From positions 61,197 through 125,196 of the forward strand of contig JAUQVK010000025.1 of assembly GCA_039794845.1 (NCBI GenBank): DNA of 64,000 bases, in the 5' to 3' direction. Numbering within the stretch: position 1 is the stretch's first letter; each line of letters begins with the position of its first letter. Below, one piece after another: positions 49,128 to 59,239 of this stretch. The notes below the pieces were generated by a model that worked only from the letters and a program-made list of their open reading frames with translations, had not been told where the DNA came from and ran no database searches. Both the position numbers and the translations under genes were made by a program. The DNA comes from Thermostichus sp. DRC_bins_24 (GTDB lineage Bacteria > Cyanobacteriota > Cyanobacteriia > Thermostichales > Thermostichaceae).

Positions 49128-50141
49128 CTATCCCTGAGCACTGAGAAAGGCCTGCAAAGCGGCAATATCGCAGTGGTACACCTGATGATGTTCGGCATAT
49201 CCCTTCAGCTCCACCGCCTGTTGTGAAAAACATGGAGCTGACTGCCCCAGTTGCTTGACCAAGCAGGCATAGCTATCTTGGCTGATGGCCAAATCGGCGT
49301 TGAGGGCGCGGGTGGAACTCTCGATGCGAAAGGCCAAATTCACCGTATCTCCCAGGGCGGTATATTCCTGACGGGTATTGTTGCCCACCTGACGAACAAT
49401 TGCCGATCCGGTATTGACTCCCGCCCCGAGACGAATCGGAGAAGGCAGTGGAAACTCGCGGTTCAGTTGCTCGGTCATCTGAAACAGCTTCCCCATGGCC
49501 CGCAAAACCGACTTCACATCGGGGTTGATCTCCGGTTCGGTTCCGAAGGGAGCGGTATTGGCCTGGGGGGCATGAAACCAGACCGCCATAATCGCATCGC
49601 CAATGTATTTGTCGACGGTGCCCCCATGCTGCTGGATGATATCGCCGCCGCGCCGGAACCAATCCCCCATCACTTGTGAAAGCAGGCGCTCGTCTAGCTG
49701 TTGGGTCAGTTGACCGTAACCCCGCACATCCACCACCGCCACCGAGATCAGCCAGCGGGTTTGCAAGACCAAGGTATCCGAGGGTTTGGCTGCTGCCAGA
49801 CTGGCTTGTGGGCTGAACAGGGATCCGCCGGGAAACGCGATCTCCGATTGCCCTAGGGTAAGCTGATCCCCATCTTGGAGGAGGGTGGGAATGCTGACAC
49901 GGCGATTGTTGACAAACGATCCGTTCCGGCTGCCCAGATCGATGAGATAGATGCTGTTGTCGTCTAGGTATTGCAGCAGGGCATGTTGGCGGGAGACGCT
50001 GGGATCCGTCAGGACAATAGCGTTGTCTTCATCGCGGCCCAAGGTCCAAGCGGTGGCTCCGGTGAGAATGTGTTTCCTCTGGCTGCCATCCGGCTCTTTT
50101 AGGAGCACATAGGGTAGGGCAGTGGTGGCAGATTGGCTCAT
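49128..50141 (-). CDS. FHA domain plus class III adenylate cyclase
   Basis: FHA motifs LGR...SRQHA...DLGSRNGS; cyclase motifs VVDVRG, DKYIGDAIMA and YTALGDTVNLAFRIE (Lys/Thr pair favours ATP). Confidence 0.9.
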   Translation of the reverse strand: MSQSATTALPYVLLKEPDGSQRKHILTGATAWTLGRDEDNAIVLTDPSVSRQHALLQYLDDNSIYLIDLGSRNGSFVNNRRVSIPTLLQDGDQLTLGQSEIAFPGGSLFSPQASLAAAKPSDTLVLQTRWLISVAVVDVRGYGQLTQQLDERLLSQVMGDWFRRGGDIIQQHGGTVDKYIGDAIMAVWFHAPQANTAPFGTEPEINPDVKSVLRAMGKLFQMTEQLNREFPLPSPIRLGAGVNTGSAIVRQVGNNTRQEYTALGDTVNLAFRIESSTRALNADLAISQDSYACLVKQLGQSAPCFSQQAVELKGYAEHHQVYHCDIAALQAFLSAQG

Positions 50142-50306
50142 GATCGAGATGTCTCGTGGGCACGACCACACCCTAATACGATACCCCGACCACCCTCCGT
50201 TGCACCTGTTGAAGGGCTCCCTCGACTGCGGAGATGCCCCGGTTTGGAGTTGGCGAGAAACTGGCCCGACCGGTATTATTTTGTGTAGATACGTTAAGGA
50301 TGTACG

Positions 50307-50789
50307 GTGGCTCCCTCCCATCCCATTCCTGCGGAGCAGCAGCCGCTACAGCAGTACGAAGAGCTGCGGCAGGCCTTTCCCTTTTGCTGGCCCGTTTTGG
50401 AGTGGATCCCTTATCTGAAGCGGATCTTGAGCGTTTGGGGGGCTGTGCTGCTGGCGATCTCGCCGTTGGTTTGGGGCAGCTTTGCTGGGGACTGGGGCCA
50501 CCTTGTCTCGGGGTCTCTGCTGGGGGCCAATGCCTTGCTCAGCCTGATGTTAGTCCATCTGTACCTGGGGTGGGCCTATGTTCGGCGGCGCTTGGTACAG
50601 ACGCGGATCCCGTATGAAGAAAGTGGCTGGTACGACGGGGCGATGTATGCCAAATCCGAAGAGGAAGTGGCTCAGCATCGGTTGATCGTCAGCTATCAGA
50701 TTGACCCTGTCTTGCAGCGTCTGCGGCGCAGCTTGTGGGGTGTAGTGGGGTTCAGCGGGTTTGTTGCCTTGCTTTGGCCCTTTTGGTAG
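50307..50789 (+). CDS. ycf36: CGLD27/Ycf36 family protein (DUF1230)
   Basis: PAEQQPLQQYEEL, LYLGWAYV..RL and YEESGWYDG. Confidence 0.88.
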   Translation: MAPSHPIPAEQQPLQQYEELRQAFPFCWPVLEWIPYLKRILSVWGAVLLAISPLVWGSFAGDWGHLVSGSLLGANALLSLMLVHLYLGWAYVRRRLVQTRIPYEESGWYDGAMYAKSEEEVAQHRLIVSYQIDPVLQRLRRSLWGVVGFSGFVALLWPFW

Positions 50790-50850
50790 AGGATGTTGGG
50801 TGCTGATGGCCTGATGGTTGTTTTGGTGTTTTTTCTTGGGATCCCAAACA

Positions 50851-51783
50851 GTGCATATCACTTCTGATCTGGCTCAAACTTTGCGACCCACCGCTGTCGC
50901 CATCGGAAACTTTGATGGGTTGCATCTTGGCCATCAGAGGGTGCTGCAGCCGATTCAAGATTCCCTTCAGGGGGTACGCACGGTTCTCACCTTTCATCCC
51001 CATCCTCAGGAAGTGTTGACGGGGAGACCCCAGCTGTTGCTCACGCCACCTGCCGAGAAACTGGCTCTGCTGGCGCAAATGGGCTTTGAACAGGTGGTGT
51101 TGCTCCCCTTCACCCCCGCCTTTGCCCGCCAGCCCCCGCAGGAGTTTATTCAAGCCATTCTGGAAGAGGGCCTACGCACTCGCCATCTCAGCGTAGGGTG
51201 GGATTTTTGCTTTGCCCATCGCCGCTCCGGCAGTGCCCAAACCCTGCAAGCCTGGGGATCCCAACGCTGTGTGCCGGTGGAGGTGATTCCAGAAACGCAA
51301 TTTCACGGGGAACGGGTGAGCAGCTCTCGCATTCGAGCCGCCCTCGCCACCGGAGAGGTATCCACGGCAACGGATCTTTTGGGCCGCCCCTATCGGCTGA
51401 TTGGTGAGGTGGTACAAGGGGATCGGCGGGGCCGACAACTGGGCTTTCCTACGGCCAACCTGAACCTACCCCCCGAGAAGTTTTTGCCCCGTGATGGGGT
51501 CTACAGTGTTTGGGTGTATTTGCCTGCGGCTGCTGGAGCCTTGCCTGGAGTCATGAACATTGGCAATCGCCCCACCTTTGCAGGGTTACAACACACCGTC
51601 GAGGTACATCTGCTGGATTGGGCAGGAGACTTGTACGGGCAAGAGTTACAGGTGGTGTTGGAGGGCTTTATCCGCACCGAGCGGCAATTCCCCAGTGTGG
51701 CGGATTTGATCGAACAAATTCAGCAGGATTGCCAAACAGCCCGTCAGCAATTGGGCTTGGCTCAACAGGTTCGGGTGAATTGA
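50851..51783 (+). CDS. ribF: Bifunctional riboflavin kinase/FAD synthetase
   Basis: GNFDGLHLGH, VSSSRIR, GRQLGFPTAN and MNIGNRPTF. Confidence 0.96.
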   Translation: MHITSDLAQTLRPTAVAIGNFDGLHLGHQRVLQPIQDSLQGVRTVLTFHPHPQEVLTGRPQLLLTPPAEKLALLAQMGFEQVVLLPFTPAFARQPPQEFIQAILEEGLRTRHLSVGWDFCFAHRRSGSAQTLQAWGSQRCVPVEVIPETQFHGERVSSSRIRAALATGEVSTATDLLGRPYRLIGEVVQGDRRGRQLGFPTANLNLPPEKFLPRDGVYSVWVYLPAAAGALPGVMNIGNRPTFAGLQHTVEVHLLDWAGDLYGQELQVVLEGFIRTERQFPSVADLIEQIQQDCQTARQQLGLAQQVRVN

Positions 51784-51909
51784 CCGCCTCCAGTGTGTTC
51801 CACTCCTAACCTAAATCGATGAGAAAGTGATGAGAAAGAAGCAAGATCCCAAGACTGAGACCCTGTGAGGTTATCGTTAGTCGGATAAACTTTTGTGACC
51901 CATTGCTAG

Positions 51910-52719
51910 CTACCGTACAATCGGTGGCGGAGAGGTGGACCAATTCAATTCAAAGTCGATATCCGATACTGAAAGTCGTCTGAGGAGAGTTTCAGCAACT
52001 GCAGGAGGCCTTTCAAGGATAGATCCTGCAGTCTGGGATAAAGGAGCCCTTACCAGTCTATTGGGCGATTGTTGCAAAATGCTATTGGCCGGCAGTGGTT
52101 GTAAAACAGCAGGGTTGGGAGTTTGAATGTATCGAACAACAGGCTCTCTCAACACCTGTGAAGCAATCTGCGTAGAATGCAATCTACTCCTCTGTGCTGG
52201 GTTGGCTGCGCCCAGGGTAATCAATCCTGACCATTCAGACGGGTACCCAACTCCACCGTAGACGGCCCCCCTACCCAGACAGTTGGATTGACATCTGCAG
52301 TGACAGTCATATTCAACAGTCATATTCAAAAGAATTCCTGCAGGCAAGCCAACCAGAGTGTAGCGGCACTCATAGTGAGTCGCCGTCTCTGCAAAAACGG
52401 GCTGAGGCTCCAAACGTCCTATACTGCACTCTCTTCTCCAAAGATCCCCTGATTGAGAAGCAACATGTTGAGCAGAAGCTGTGATCGAAAGGAAGCGACA
52501 ACTTTGCCCAGAAGGATAGCCTTGTGATTTGGGCCAAAAGACCCTACCTGTAATGAATCCTGACCCATTGAATGCTGTATCTGGAGGATTGAAGTGGGCA
52601 CTCAGAAGAACTTGACTTTGATTGTGAACGCTGGCATGAATCCTAGTCGTGCCTTGACCGGAAAGCTGCTGTGCTTTCTGAGTTAGCCCAGCCAAATGCT
52701 GGTTAGTTGAATTGGCCAA
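51910..52719 (-). CDS. Hypothetical lower-GC ORF, possibly degenerate
   Basis: 269-codon ORF with only a TTG start, an in-frame TAG 14 codons upstream and an internal 13-bp tandem duplication; no family recognised. Confidence 0.4.
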   Translation of the reverse strand: MANSTNQHLAGLTQKAQQLSGQGTTRIHASVHNQSQVLLSAHFNPPDTAFNGSGFITGRVFWPKSQGYPSGQSCRFLSITASAQHVASQSGDLWRRECSIGRLEPQPVFAETATHYECRYTLVGLPAGILLNMTVEYDCHCRCQSNCLGRGAVYGGVGYPSEWSGLITLGAANPAQRSRLHSTQIASQVLREPVVRYIQTPNPAVLQPLPANSILQQSPNRLVRAPLSQTAGSILERPPAVAETLLRRLSVSDIDFELNWSTSPPPIVR

Positions 52720-52844
52720 GATTTGATTTGCAGAGCCCGTAAAACTCTCACGAAAGGCCTAAGTCTTAACAAATTGCATCTAACAAATGAAGTGTCTTAG
52801 GGATCACTCTGTCAGATTCTGTATGATCTTCACTCAGAATCGCT

Positions 52845-53321
52845 TTAATCCAGCTGGCAACCTTCCAAAGACTGTTCGCAAGCACCGATGCTCACCCACT
52901 CACTAGAACCATCTCGCCAGTGCTCTTTTTTCCAAATGGGGGCATTGTGTTTGAGGGTATCAATGGCAAATTGACAGGCGGCAAAAGCCTCGGCTCGATG
53001 GGGCATGCCCACGGCTACCAAAACGCTGATCTCACCAATGCGCAACTTGCCAATACGGTGGTGGATGATCACACTGTTGACTTCTGGCCAGCGCTCCTGA
53101 ATCTGTCGGGCAATATCGGCAAAAACCTTCAGGGCCATCGGCTCGTAGGCTTGATACTCCAGGTAATCGACGGGGCGACCGGCGGTGTTGTCTCGTACGG
53201 TGCCACTCATGAGCACCACAGCCCCATTGCCAGAATGAGCGGCCTTCTCCTGCACGTGCTCGATGGAAAGAGGAGCCAGCGTGATCTGAAAGGATGTTTG
53301 CAGGGCAGTCAGGAGGTTCAT
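52845..53321 (-). CDS. moaE: Molybdopterin synthase catalytic subunit
   Basis: GAVVLMSGTVR, LEYQAYEPMA, HRIG, HRAEAF and PIWKKE; ATGA overlap with cobS. Confidence 0.95.
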   Translation of the reverse strand: MNLLTALQTSFQITLAPLSIEHVQEKAAHSGNGAVVLMSGTVRDNTAGRPVDYLEYQAYEPMALKVFADIARQIQERWPEVNSVIIHHRIGKLRIGEISVLVAVGMPHRAEAFAACQFAIDTLKHNAPIWKKEHWRDGSSEWVSIGACEQSLEGCQLD

Positions 53322-54103
53322 GACGACCAAATCAGGGATCCCCACAGCAATGCTATCGCTTCCGACCATTCCACCGTGGCTCCGTAGGTATCGCCCGTAT
53401 GCCCTCCCAACTGACGGTGGATCCAATAGCCAACCCCAAATGCCCCGAAAGCGGATCCCAGCGTCCAGATCAGCAGAGGCCGCCAAGCGAGGAGCCCGGC
53501 CCACCCCACCCCCAAACTCACACCCAGCAACAGAGCCGTGCCCGGCCAAAGGGATCCCGGAAAAGCGGTGGACTCTTTGAGAAAGCGACCGGATCCCTGC
53601 TCTCGCAAGTAGGGATAGAAGGCAATAGCCAGCAACTGCCCCCAACGCCCCCAGGCGGGCACCAGCAGCAGTAGCGGCCAAGCTTGAACGCTGCTCAGGG
53701 CGGCAAATTTCAGCAGCAACAGCAGCACCAAGGCCAGCACCCCGTAGGCTCCTGTGTGGCTATCGCTCATCACCTGCAGGCGACGGGATCCCGGCAAGCC
53801 TGGCCCATTCTTGGCCGATTGTTCTGGATCCCCGTTGTGGACATTGATGGCCAACCCATCGGCAGTATCCGCCACCCCATCCAAGTGCAACCCACCCGTT
53901 AAAACCACCCACAGGGTCAAGAGCAAAGCCGCCCGCACCAAATTCGGAAAGCCCCCCATGAGGATCCCACCCAGAGAGAGGATCCCACCCATGAGCAGGC
54001 CTACCCCCGGCAACCAGGCGGCAATGCCCTGAAACTGCAACTCTCCCACCCACCCCAAGGGTAGGGCGGTGTAAAAGGTCAGGGCTGCCCAGAAGCGCCG
54101 CAA
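53318..54103 (-). CDS. cobS: Adenosylcobinamide-GDP ribazoletransferase
   Basis: TGGLHLDGVADTADG, MSDSHTGAYG and LGGHTGDTYGA. Confidence 0.95.
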   Translation of the reverse strand: MRRFWAALTFYTALPLGWVGELQFQGIAAWLPGVGLLMGGILSLGGILMGGFPNLVRAALLLTLWVVLTGGLHLDGVADTADGLAINVHNGDPEQSAKNGPGLPGSRRLQVMSDSHTGAYGVLALVLLLLLKFAALSSVQAWPLLLLVPAWGRWGQLLAIAFYPYLREQGSGRFLKESTAFPGSLWPGTALLLGVSLGVGWAGLLAWRPLLIWTLGSAFGAFGVGYWIHRQLGGHTGDTYGATVEWSEAIALLWGSLIWSS

Positions 54104-54152
54104 TCGCTCAATCCTTGGGTGTCTTCAAAATGCACAAAAAAATCCTAGAGGG

Positions 54153-54488
54153 CTAGGAATCATCCCGAATGGTGCGCTCTACCACAATTGTCAGCTTGGC
54201 CACCAACGCCCCAATTGCGCCGACAGCCGCCAACACCGGAAACAGGGTTGCACCCAACACCCCTGCGGCCACCCCTACTCCGAGGGGAATTTCAATAAGC
54301 GTATGGCCCTCGGCGTTTTTTATCAGAATGCGACGAACATTGGCCTCTTCGATGAGCTCCCGAATTTTGGCCAACAGGTCATCTCCGCTGATCTTGAACT
54401 CCTCCACGTCATACTCTGTCGGGGCCGGGGGCAGCTCTTTGGCTTCTTCTCCGGAGAGGCTGGGATCCGGGGTCTCGTTCGGGTTCAT
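54153..54488 (-). CDS. DUF4342 protein
   Basis: KIRELIEEANVRRILIK...LIEIPL..G...IVVER. Confidence 0.85.
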   Translation of the reverse strand: MNPNETPDPSLSGEEAKELPPAPTEYDVEEFKISGDDLLAKIRELIEEANVRRILIKNAEGHTLIEIPLGVGVAAGVLGATLFPVLAAVGAIGALVAKLTIVVERTIRDDS

Positions 54489-54706
54489 GCTGAAGATCCT
54501 CCATCGCGTCGGGTCAGCGGTACCAACTTAGTCCATCCTAAGGGGTATGGTGCTCGGCGAATGGGGGCCTCCGTGGGTAGAGCCAGATGCCCGTACATCC
54601 CGCCGCCTCGACAATCGGGGATCCGAATTCCGAAAAAAGCTGCGAGTGTTAGAAATGCTGGGAACGCGTAGAGCATATCGAGCTCAAGTTGAGCGGGAGC
54701 TAAGTC

Positions 54707-56083
54707 ATGAAGCGGCGTCACCTCATCCAGCTAAGTCAAATGGTACTGGCCAGCACTGCGCTTGGGATTGGATCCCATCTCGGCAGTCTCAAAGGCCATG
54801 CTTCGTCCAAGCCTACCGTTCTCGTCATTGGGGCGGGTTTAGCAGGTCTGGCCGCCGCAAAAACCTTATTTCAACAGGGCTATTCTGTACAGATTTTAGA
54901 AGCCAGAGAACGCATTGGCGGTCGCACCTGGACAAGCCAAGCCTGGGCGGATGCACCCGTCGATATGGGAGCTTCTTGGATCCACGGCGAGGAAGGCAAC
55001 CCCCTCACCGACTTGGCCAACTCCATCGAGGCCGAACTCGTCAACACCAGCTACGAGAATGCCGTTGTCTACGGCCCATCGGGAGAGGAGTTGGAAGCGG
55101 CAGAAGAAACCAAGCTGGAGCAGTGGACAGCGCGAGTAGAAGCGGCCCTACGAGCTGGCCAAAACCAAGAAAGAGATCAGCCCATTCAAACCACTGTGGA
55201 AACAGCCCTGAATTGGCCCTCGTTATCCCCAGAGGAGCGGCAGTGGCTGAACTTTATTCTGAGCACAACCATCGAACATCAATATGCCGGCAGCACAGCA
55301 GAGCTATCCACCCACTGGTACGACGATGCCGATGCCTACTCTGGAGAGGATGCCCTATTGGTAGAGGGATATCGTGTGCTGGTAGAGCATCTGGCCACAG
55401 GTTTGCCGATCGAATTGGGTCAGGTGGTCGAAGCCATTGATTGGTCGGGTTCTGAAGTGGTGGTGTCTACCACTCGGGCATCTTACAGAGCCGATAAACT
55501 TGTGGTTACCCTACCTCTGGGGGTTCTCAAGGCAGGGCAGGTGAAATTCACCCCCAACTTACCTCCAGCCAAACAACAAGCTATTCAGGCTCTTGGCATG
55601 GGAGTTCTGAACAAGTGCTACCTGCGGTTCCCAGAGGTATTTTGGCCAGAAACCGTGGATTGGATCGAGCAAATTCCGGCAAATCCGGGCGAGTGGACGG
55701 GATGGGTGAGTCTGGTGCCTTCCTTGGGTCTGCCGATTCTGTTGGGCTTTAATGCCGCTGATCAGGGGCGTGCCATCGAAGCCTGGACAGACCCAGACAT
55801 TGTGGCCGGTGCCATGGCAACCTTAACGCGGCTCTTCGGGGAAGACGTCTTGGATCCTGTGGGTTACCAAATCACCCGTTGGCACAGGGATCCCTTTGCC
55901 CGTGGCTCCTATTCCTTCAATGCCTTTGGCAGCACACCTCAGATGCGAGAGGATCTGGCAGAAAGCCTAGAGGGCAGGGTTTTCTTTGCGGGTGAAGCCA
56001 CCGAACGGCGACACTTTGCGACGGCCCATGGCGCTTACCTGTCGGGGATCCGAGCTGCCCAGGAGATCCTTGCTTCCGTCTGA
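54707..56083 (+). CDS. Flavin amine oxidase (polyamine oxidase-like) with a Tat-like signal
   Basis: MKRRHLI leader; VIGAGLAGLAAA, LEARERIGGR, GASWIHG, TLPLGVLK, GSYS and FAGEAT. Confidence 0.88.
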   Translation: MKRRHLIQLSQMVLASTALGIGSHLGSLKGHASSKPTVLVIGAGLAGLAAAKTLFQQGYSVQILEARERIGGRTWTSQAWADAPVDMGASWIHGEEGNPLTDLANSIEAELVNTSYENAVVYGPSGEELEAAEETKLEQWTARVEAALRAGQNQERDQPIQTTVETALNWPSLSPEERQWLNFILSTTIEHQYAGSTAELSTHWYDDADAYSGEDALLVEGYRVLVEHLATGLPIELGQVVEAIDWSGSEVVVSTTRASYRADKLVVTLPLGVLKAGQVKFTPNLPPAKQQAIQALGMGVLNKCYLRFPEVFWPETVDWIEQIPANPGEWTGWVSLVPSLGLPILLGFNAADQGRAIEAWTDPDIVAGAMATLTRLFGEDVLDPVGYQITRWHRDPFARGSYSFNAFGSTPQMREDLAESLEGRVFFAGEATERRHFATAHGAYLSGIRAAQEILASV

Positions 56084-56137
56084 TGTGCGAGGGGCGCGAG
56101 AATGAGACAATAGAGCACCCGTCCACCCGATTTCACC

Positions 56138-57571
56138 ATGAGCTTCGTTCCTCCTACCCAAGGTGCGCAGCACCATGTGACCCAGGCTCTGGGTCACCAT
56201 TACGACCTAATCATTATTGGCGCTGGCGTTGGCGGACACGGCGCTGCCCTTCGTGCTGTTGAATCCGGCCTGAAAACCGCCATCGTCGAAGCCGCGGAGA
56301 TGGGCGGCACCTGTATCAATCGCGGCTGCATTCCCTCCAAGGCCCTGTTGGCGGCCTCAGGGCGCTTGCGGGAGCTGCAACACAGTGCTGTGTTGGGCAT
56401 TCAAGTAAACTCCATTCAGTTTGATCGGGGGGCGATCGCCGCCCATGCGGCAGGGGTGGTAGAGAAAATCCGCTCCGACATGACCCGTTCTCTGGAAAAG
56501 TTGGGGGTGACGATCCTGCGGGGTCGGGGCAGGCTGCTCTCGGGCCAAATGGTTGAAGTCCAGGGGGAAACCGGATCCCAAACCTACACCGCTCAAGATG
56601 TGATCATCGCCACTGGATCCCAGCCTTTTGTGCCCCCTGGCATTCAAACCGACGGCAAAACGGTGTTTACCAGCGATGAAGCGGTGCGCCTGGAGCGGAT
56701 CCCGGCCAAGTTGGCGATCATCGGCAGCGGCTACATCGGCCAAGAGTTTGCCGATATCTACACCGCCTTGGGTGCTGAAGTGATCATGATCGAGGCGTTG
56801 GATAAGCTGATGCCCGCCTTCGACCCGGATATTGCTCGGTTGGCACAACGGGTGCTGATCAAGCCCCGCAACATTCAAACCTTGGTCGGGGTGCTGGCCA
56901 AGCAGGTGATCCCCGGGGATCCGGTAACCATTCATCTGTCCACCGGCGAGACCCTGAGTGTGGATGGCTGTTTGGTGGCTGCCGGGCGGGTTCCGGTAGC
57001 TCGGGAGCTGGGCTTGGCAGAGTTGGGCATTGATATTGGCAAGCGTGGTTTCATTCCTGTGGATAGTCGCATGGCTACCGATCTGCCCCACCTTTGGGCC
57101 ATCGGGGATGTCACCGGCAAAATGATGTTGGCCCATGCGGCTGCCGCCCAGGGAATTGTAGCGGTAGAAAACATTTGTGGCCGCACCACCCACATGGATT
57201 ACCTGAGCATTCCGGCGGCAGTCTTTACCCACCCCGAAATGGGCTTTGTCGGGCTAACGGAACCCCAAGCCAAGGAAGAGGGCTACAGCGTTGGTACGGT
57301 ACGCACCTATTTTGGGGGCAACTCCAAGGCAATCGCCTCTGGGGAAACCGAGGGCATGGTGAAGTTGATTTTCGACAAAGCCACCGGCCAACTGCTGGGA
57401 TCCCATATTTTCGGGGCCCATGCCGCAGATTTGATCCACGAAGCTGCTCAAGCCATTGCCCGCCGGGCCGGTGTCAAGGAGTTGGCCACCTTGGTTCATG
57501 TCCACCCCACTCTGGCAGAGACTCTGGACGAAGCCTACAAGCGGGCCGCCCACAGCTTGGTTGCATCCTAG
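56138..57571 (+). CDS. lpdA: Dihydrolipoyl dehydrogenase
   Basis: GGTCINRGCIPSK, MLAH and HVHPTLAE. Confidence 0.95.
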   Translation: MSFVPPTQGAQHHVTQALGHHYDLIIIGAGVGGHGAALRAVESGLKTAIVEAAEMGGTCINRGCIPSKALLAASGRLRELQHSAVLGIQVNSIQFDRGAIAAHAAGVVEKIRSDMTRSLEKLGVTILRGRGRLLSGQMVEVQGETGSQTYTAQDVIIATGSQPFVPPGIQTDGKTVFTSDEAVRLERIPAKLAIIGSGYIGQEFADIYTALGAEVIMIEALDKLMPAFDPDIARLAQRVLIKPRNIQTLVGVLAKQVIPGDPVTIHLSTGETLSVDGCLVAAGRVPVARELGLAELGIDIGKRGFIPVDSRMATDLPHLWAIGDVTGKMMLAHAAAAQGIVAVENICGRTTHMDYLSIPAAVFTHPEMGFVGLTEPQAKEEGYSVGTVRTYFGGNSKAIASGETEGMVKLIFDKATGQLLGSHIFGAHAADLIHEAAQAIARRAGVKELATLVHVHPTLAETLDEAYKRAAHSLVAS

Positions 57572-57710
57572 GTTGTGCCTCAGCCAGATCTGCAAGGCTG
57601 AACAATCTAGCAGTAGGCTCCCGCTGCTCAGGAGGTACTCCAAGGAGAGACTTGATGGCTGCGATAGGGAGTCCGATCCGAATAGGCTGACCGCCCGGAC
57701 GCAAAACAAG

Positions 57711-57735
57711 ACCTGCTGGAGCCATTCCAGCAGGT
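57711..57735. terminator. Putative terminator hairpin between convergent lpdA and CP12
   Basis: Perfect 10-bp stem ACCTGCTGGA / TCCAGCAGGT with a 5-nt loop and short T-rich tails on both strands. Confidence 0.55.
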
Positions 57736-57852
57736 TTCCTAAAGATCACCTTAGTGAAAGTCAAGATCGCCGACCAACCCCAAAAGTACCCTCAGGGGAT
57801 CCCAACTTGGGTCGGGAACTCCACCTACAGGGGCTGACCCACTGAGATCCGC

Positions 57853-58065
57853 TCAGTTGTCGTAAACACGACATTCAACTGCATCCGGGTTTTCAGCGCA
57901 GTGCTGTTCCAGGCTATTGAGGGTGGTGGGTTGGTGGCTGCGAGCCGCCAAGACTTCCTCTACCGCATCCCAGGCAGCACGGCAGTGGGGATCCCCTTCG
58001 CCGTACTCGGAACAGACGCTGCGAGCGTTTTCCAGCTCTTTGGCAATGACGTCAGACAGTCCCAT
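57853..58065 (-). CDS. cp12: Calvin cycle protein CP12 (canonical, both Cys pairs)
   Basis: C...C RAAWDAVEEV and C-terminal CAENPDAVECRVYD; GAGGAG upstream of ATG 58065. Confidence 0.93.
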   Translation of the reverse strand: MGLSDVIAKELENARSVCSEYGEGDPHCRAAWDAVEEVLAARSHQPTTLNSLEQHCAENPDAVECRVYDN

Positions 58066-58268
58066 GTACTCAAGCTCCTCTAGATAGGTGGGGGCCTTCG
58101 GTTCGGCCCACTGATGGACTCGGTTGACGATGGCCCACATGGATCAACAACAGAATGAGTCCAGAATAATGACCCTGCGCCAACCGATCTCACAAATTGG
58201 ATACAGTTCTATTCTAAACAATGGCAGTGGGTGGCTGTGGTTACCCTTTTGGGATCTCTTTGGGATCC

Positions 58269-58967
58269 CTAAGCTCCAAACAGTTGCCCAATCTGCTGCC
58301 GAACCATTTGCGCGGATCCCTGCTGGCGCACCTGACCTTCTGACAAGAAGATTGCTCCATCCGCCCATTCCAATTCCGGCAAACGATGGGTTACCCAGAG
58401 GGCGGTGATCCCTTCTTGATCCACCAGATGTCGGATGCATTGCACCAGATCCGCTTGGCTATCGGGATCCAACAGAGCCGTTGGTTCATCCAACAACAAC
58501 ACCTGACTGCGGCGGGCCAAAGCTCCGGCCACGGCAACCCGTTGTTTTTGTCCACCACTGAGGCCATGAATCGGGCGACGGATCATATGCAGCAAGCCCA
58601 CTTGGCTGAGGGCTGTTTCCACCCGCTGTCGAATCTCCGCCAGTGTTAAGGGTTCTGCCCCCAGTCCGAAAGCGACATCAGCACCCACTGTGGGCATAAA
58701 CAGCTGATGATCCGGGTTTTGGAAGACATAGCCCAACCTCCCGTTGATCTCCAGATGGCCTGCCAGGGGTTTGGGATAGGTCAGGGATCCCGATAGAAGC
58801 TGCAACAGGGTGGATTTGCCGCTGCCGTTGGGCCCCAACAACATCCACAGTTGCCCTGCCGGAATGACGAAGCTGCACTCCTGAAGAACGGGTGGACGCT
58901 CCGGCCAAGCAAAGGTGAGTCCTTCCACCCGAATCGCCACATCACGCATCCCTAGGGCAAAGATCAT
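58269..58967 (-). CDS. ECF-type ABC transporter ATP-binding protein (CbiO/EcfA-like)
   Basis: GPNGSGKST, VFQNPDHQL, LSGGQKQRVA and LLLDEPT. Confidence 0.9.
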   Translation of the reverse strand: MIFALGMRDVAIRVEGLTFAWPERPPVLQECSFVIPAGQLWMLLGPNGSGKSTLLQLLSGSLTYPKPLAGHLEINGRLGYVFQNPDHQLFMPTVGADVAFGLGAEPLTLAEIRQRVETALSQVGLLHMIRRPIHGLSGGQKQRVAVAGALARRSQVLLLDEPTALLDPDSQADLVQCIRHLVDQEGITALWVTHRLPELEWADGAIFLSEGQVRQQGSAQMVRQQIGQLFGA

Positions 58968-58969
58968 GC

Positions 58970-59239
58970 TCAGCTTTCTACCTGGGCCAAAAAGCCAGTG
59001 CGGGATCCCATCGGGCTGGCGCTGCTGGATTTGGGGGTCAATTGCACACCACATAATTCTGCGGTGAGGACGAATACCTTTTTGCCGGTGCGATCACAAG
59101 TCAGTTCTAGGCTCTCGGGGGATCCCTCTTTGAGGGCGTTGACTACACTTCGGTAAGCCTGCTGGGCCGCTTCCTCCTCCTTTTGATGGACAACGATGGC
59201 CGCCGGATTACCCTTCAACAACAATTCCAGGATGTGCAT
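58970..59239 (-). CDS. Conserved cyanobacterial protein (UPF0367-like)
   Basis: IVVHQKEEEAA..AY, LELTCD, KKVFVL and GF C-terminus. Confidence 0.7.
   Translation of the reverse strand: MHILELLLKGNPAAIVVHQKEEEAAQQAYRSVVNALKEGSPESLELTCDRTGKKVFVLTAELCGVQLTPKSSSASPMGSRTGFLAQVES

Noticed and set aside
53322..53681. Apparent 120-aa N-terminal extension of MoaE
   Set aside because: It overlaps cobS in another frame; the ATGA coupling gives the start at 53321.
58066..58140. N-terminal extension on CP12 in the ORF track
   Set aside because: A GAGGAG site before ATG 58065 supports a canonical 70-aa CP12.
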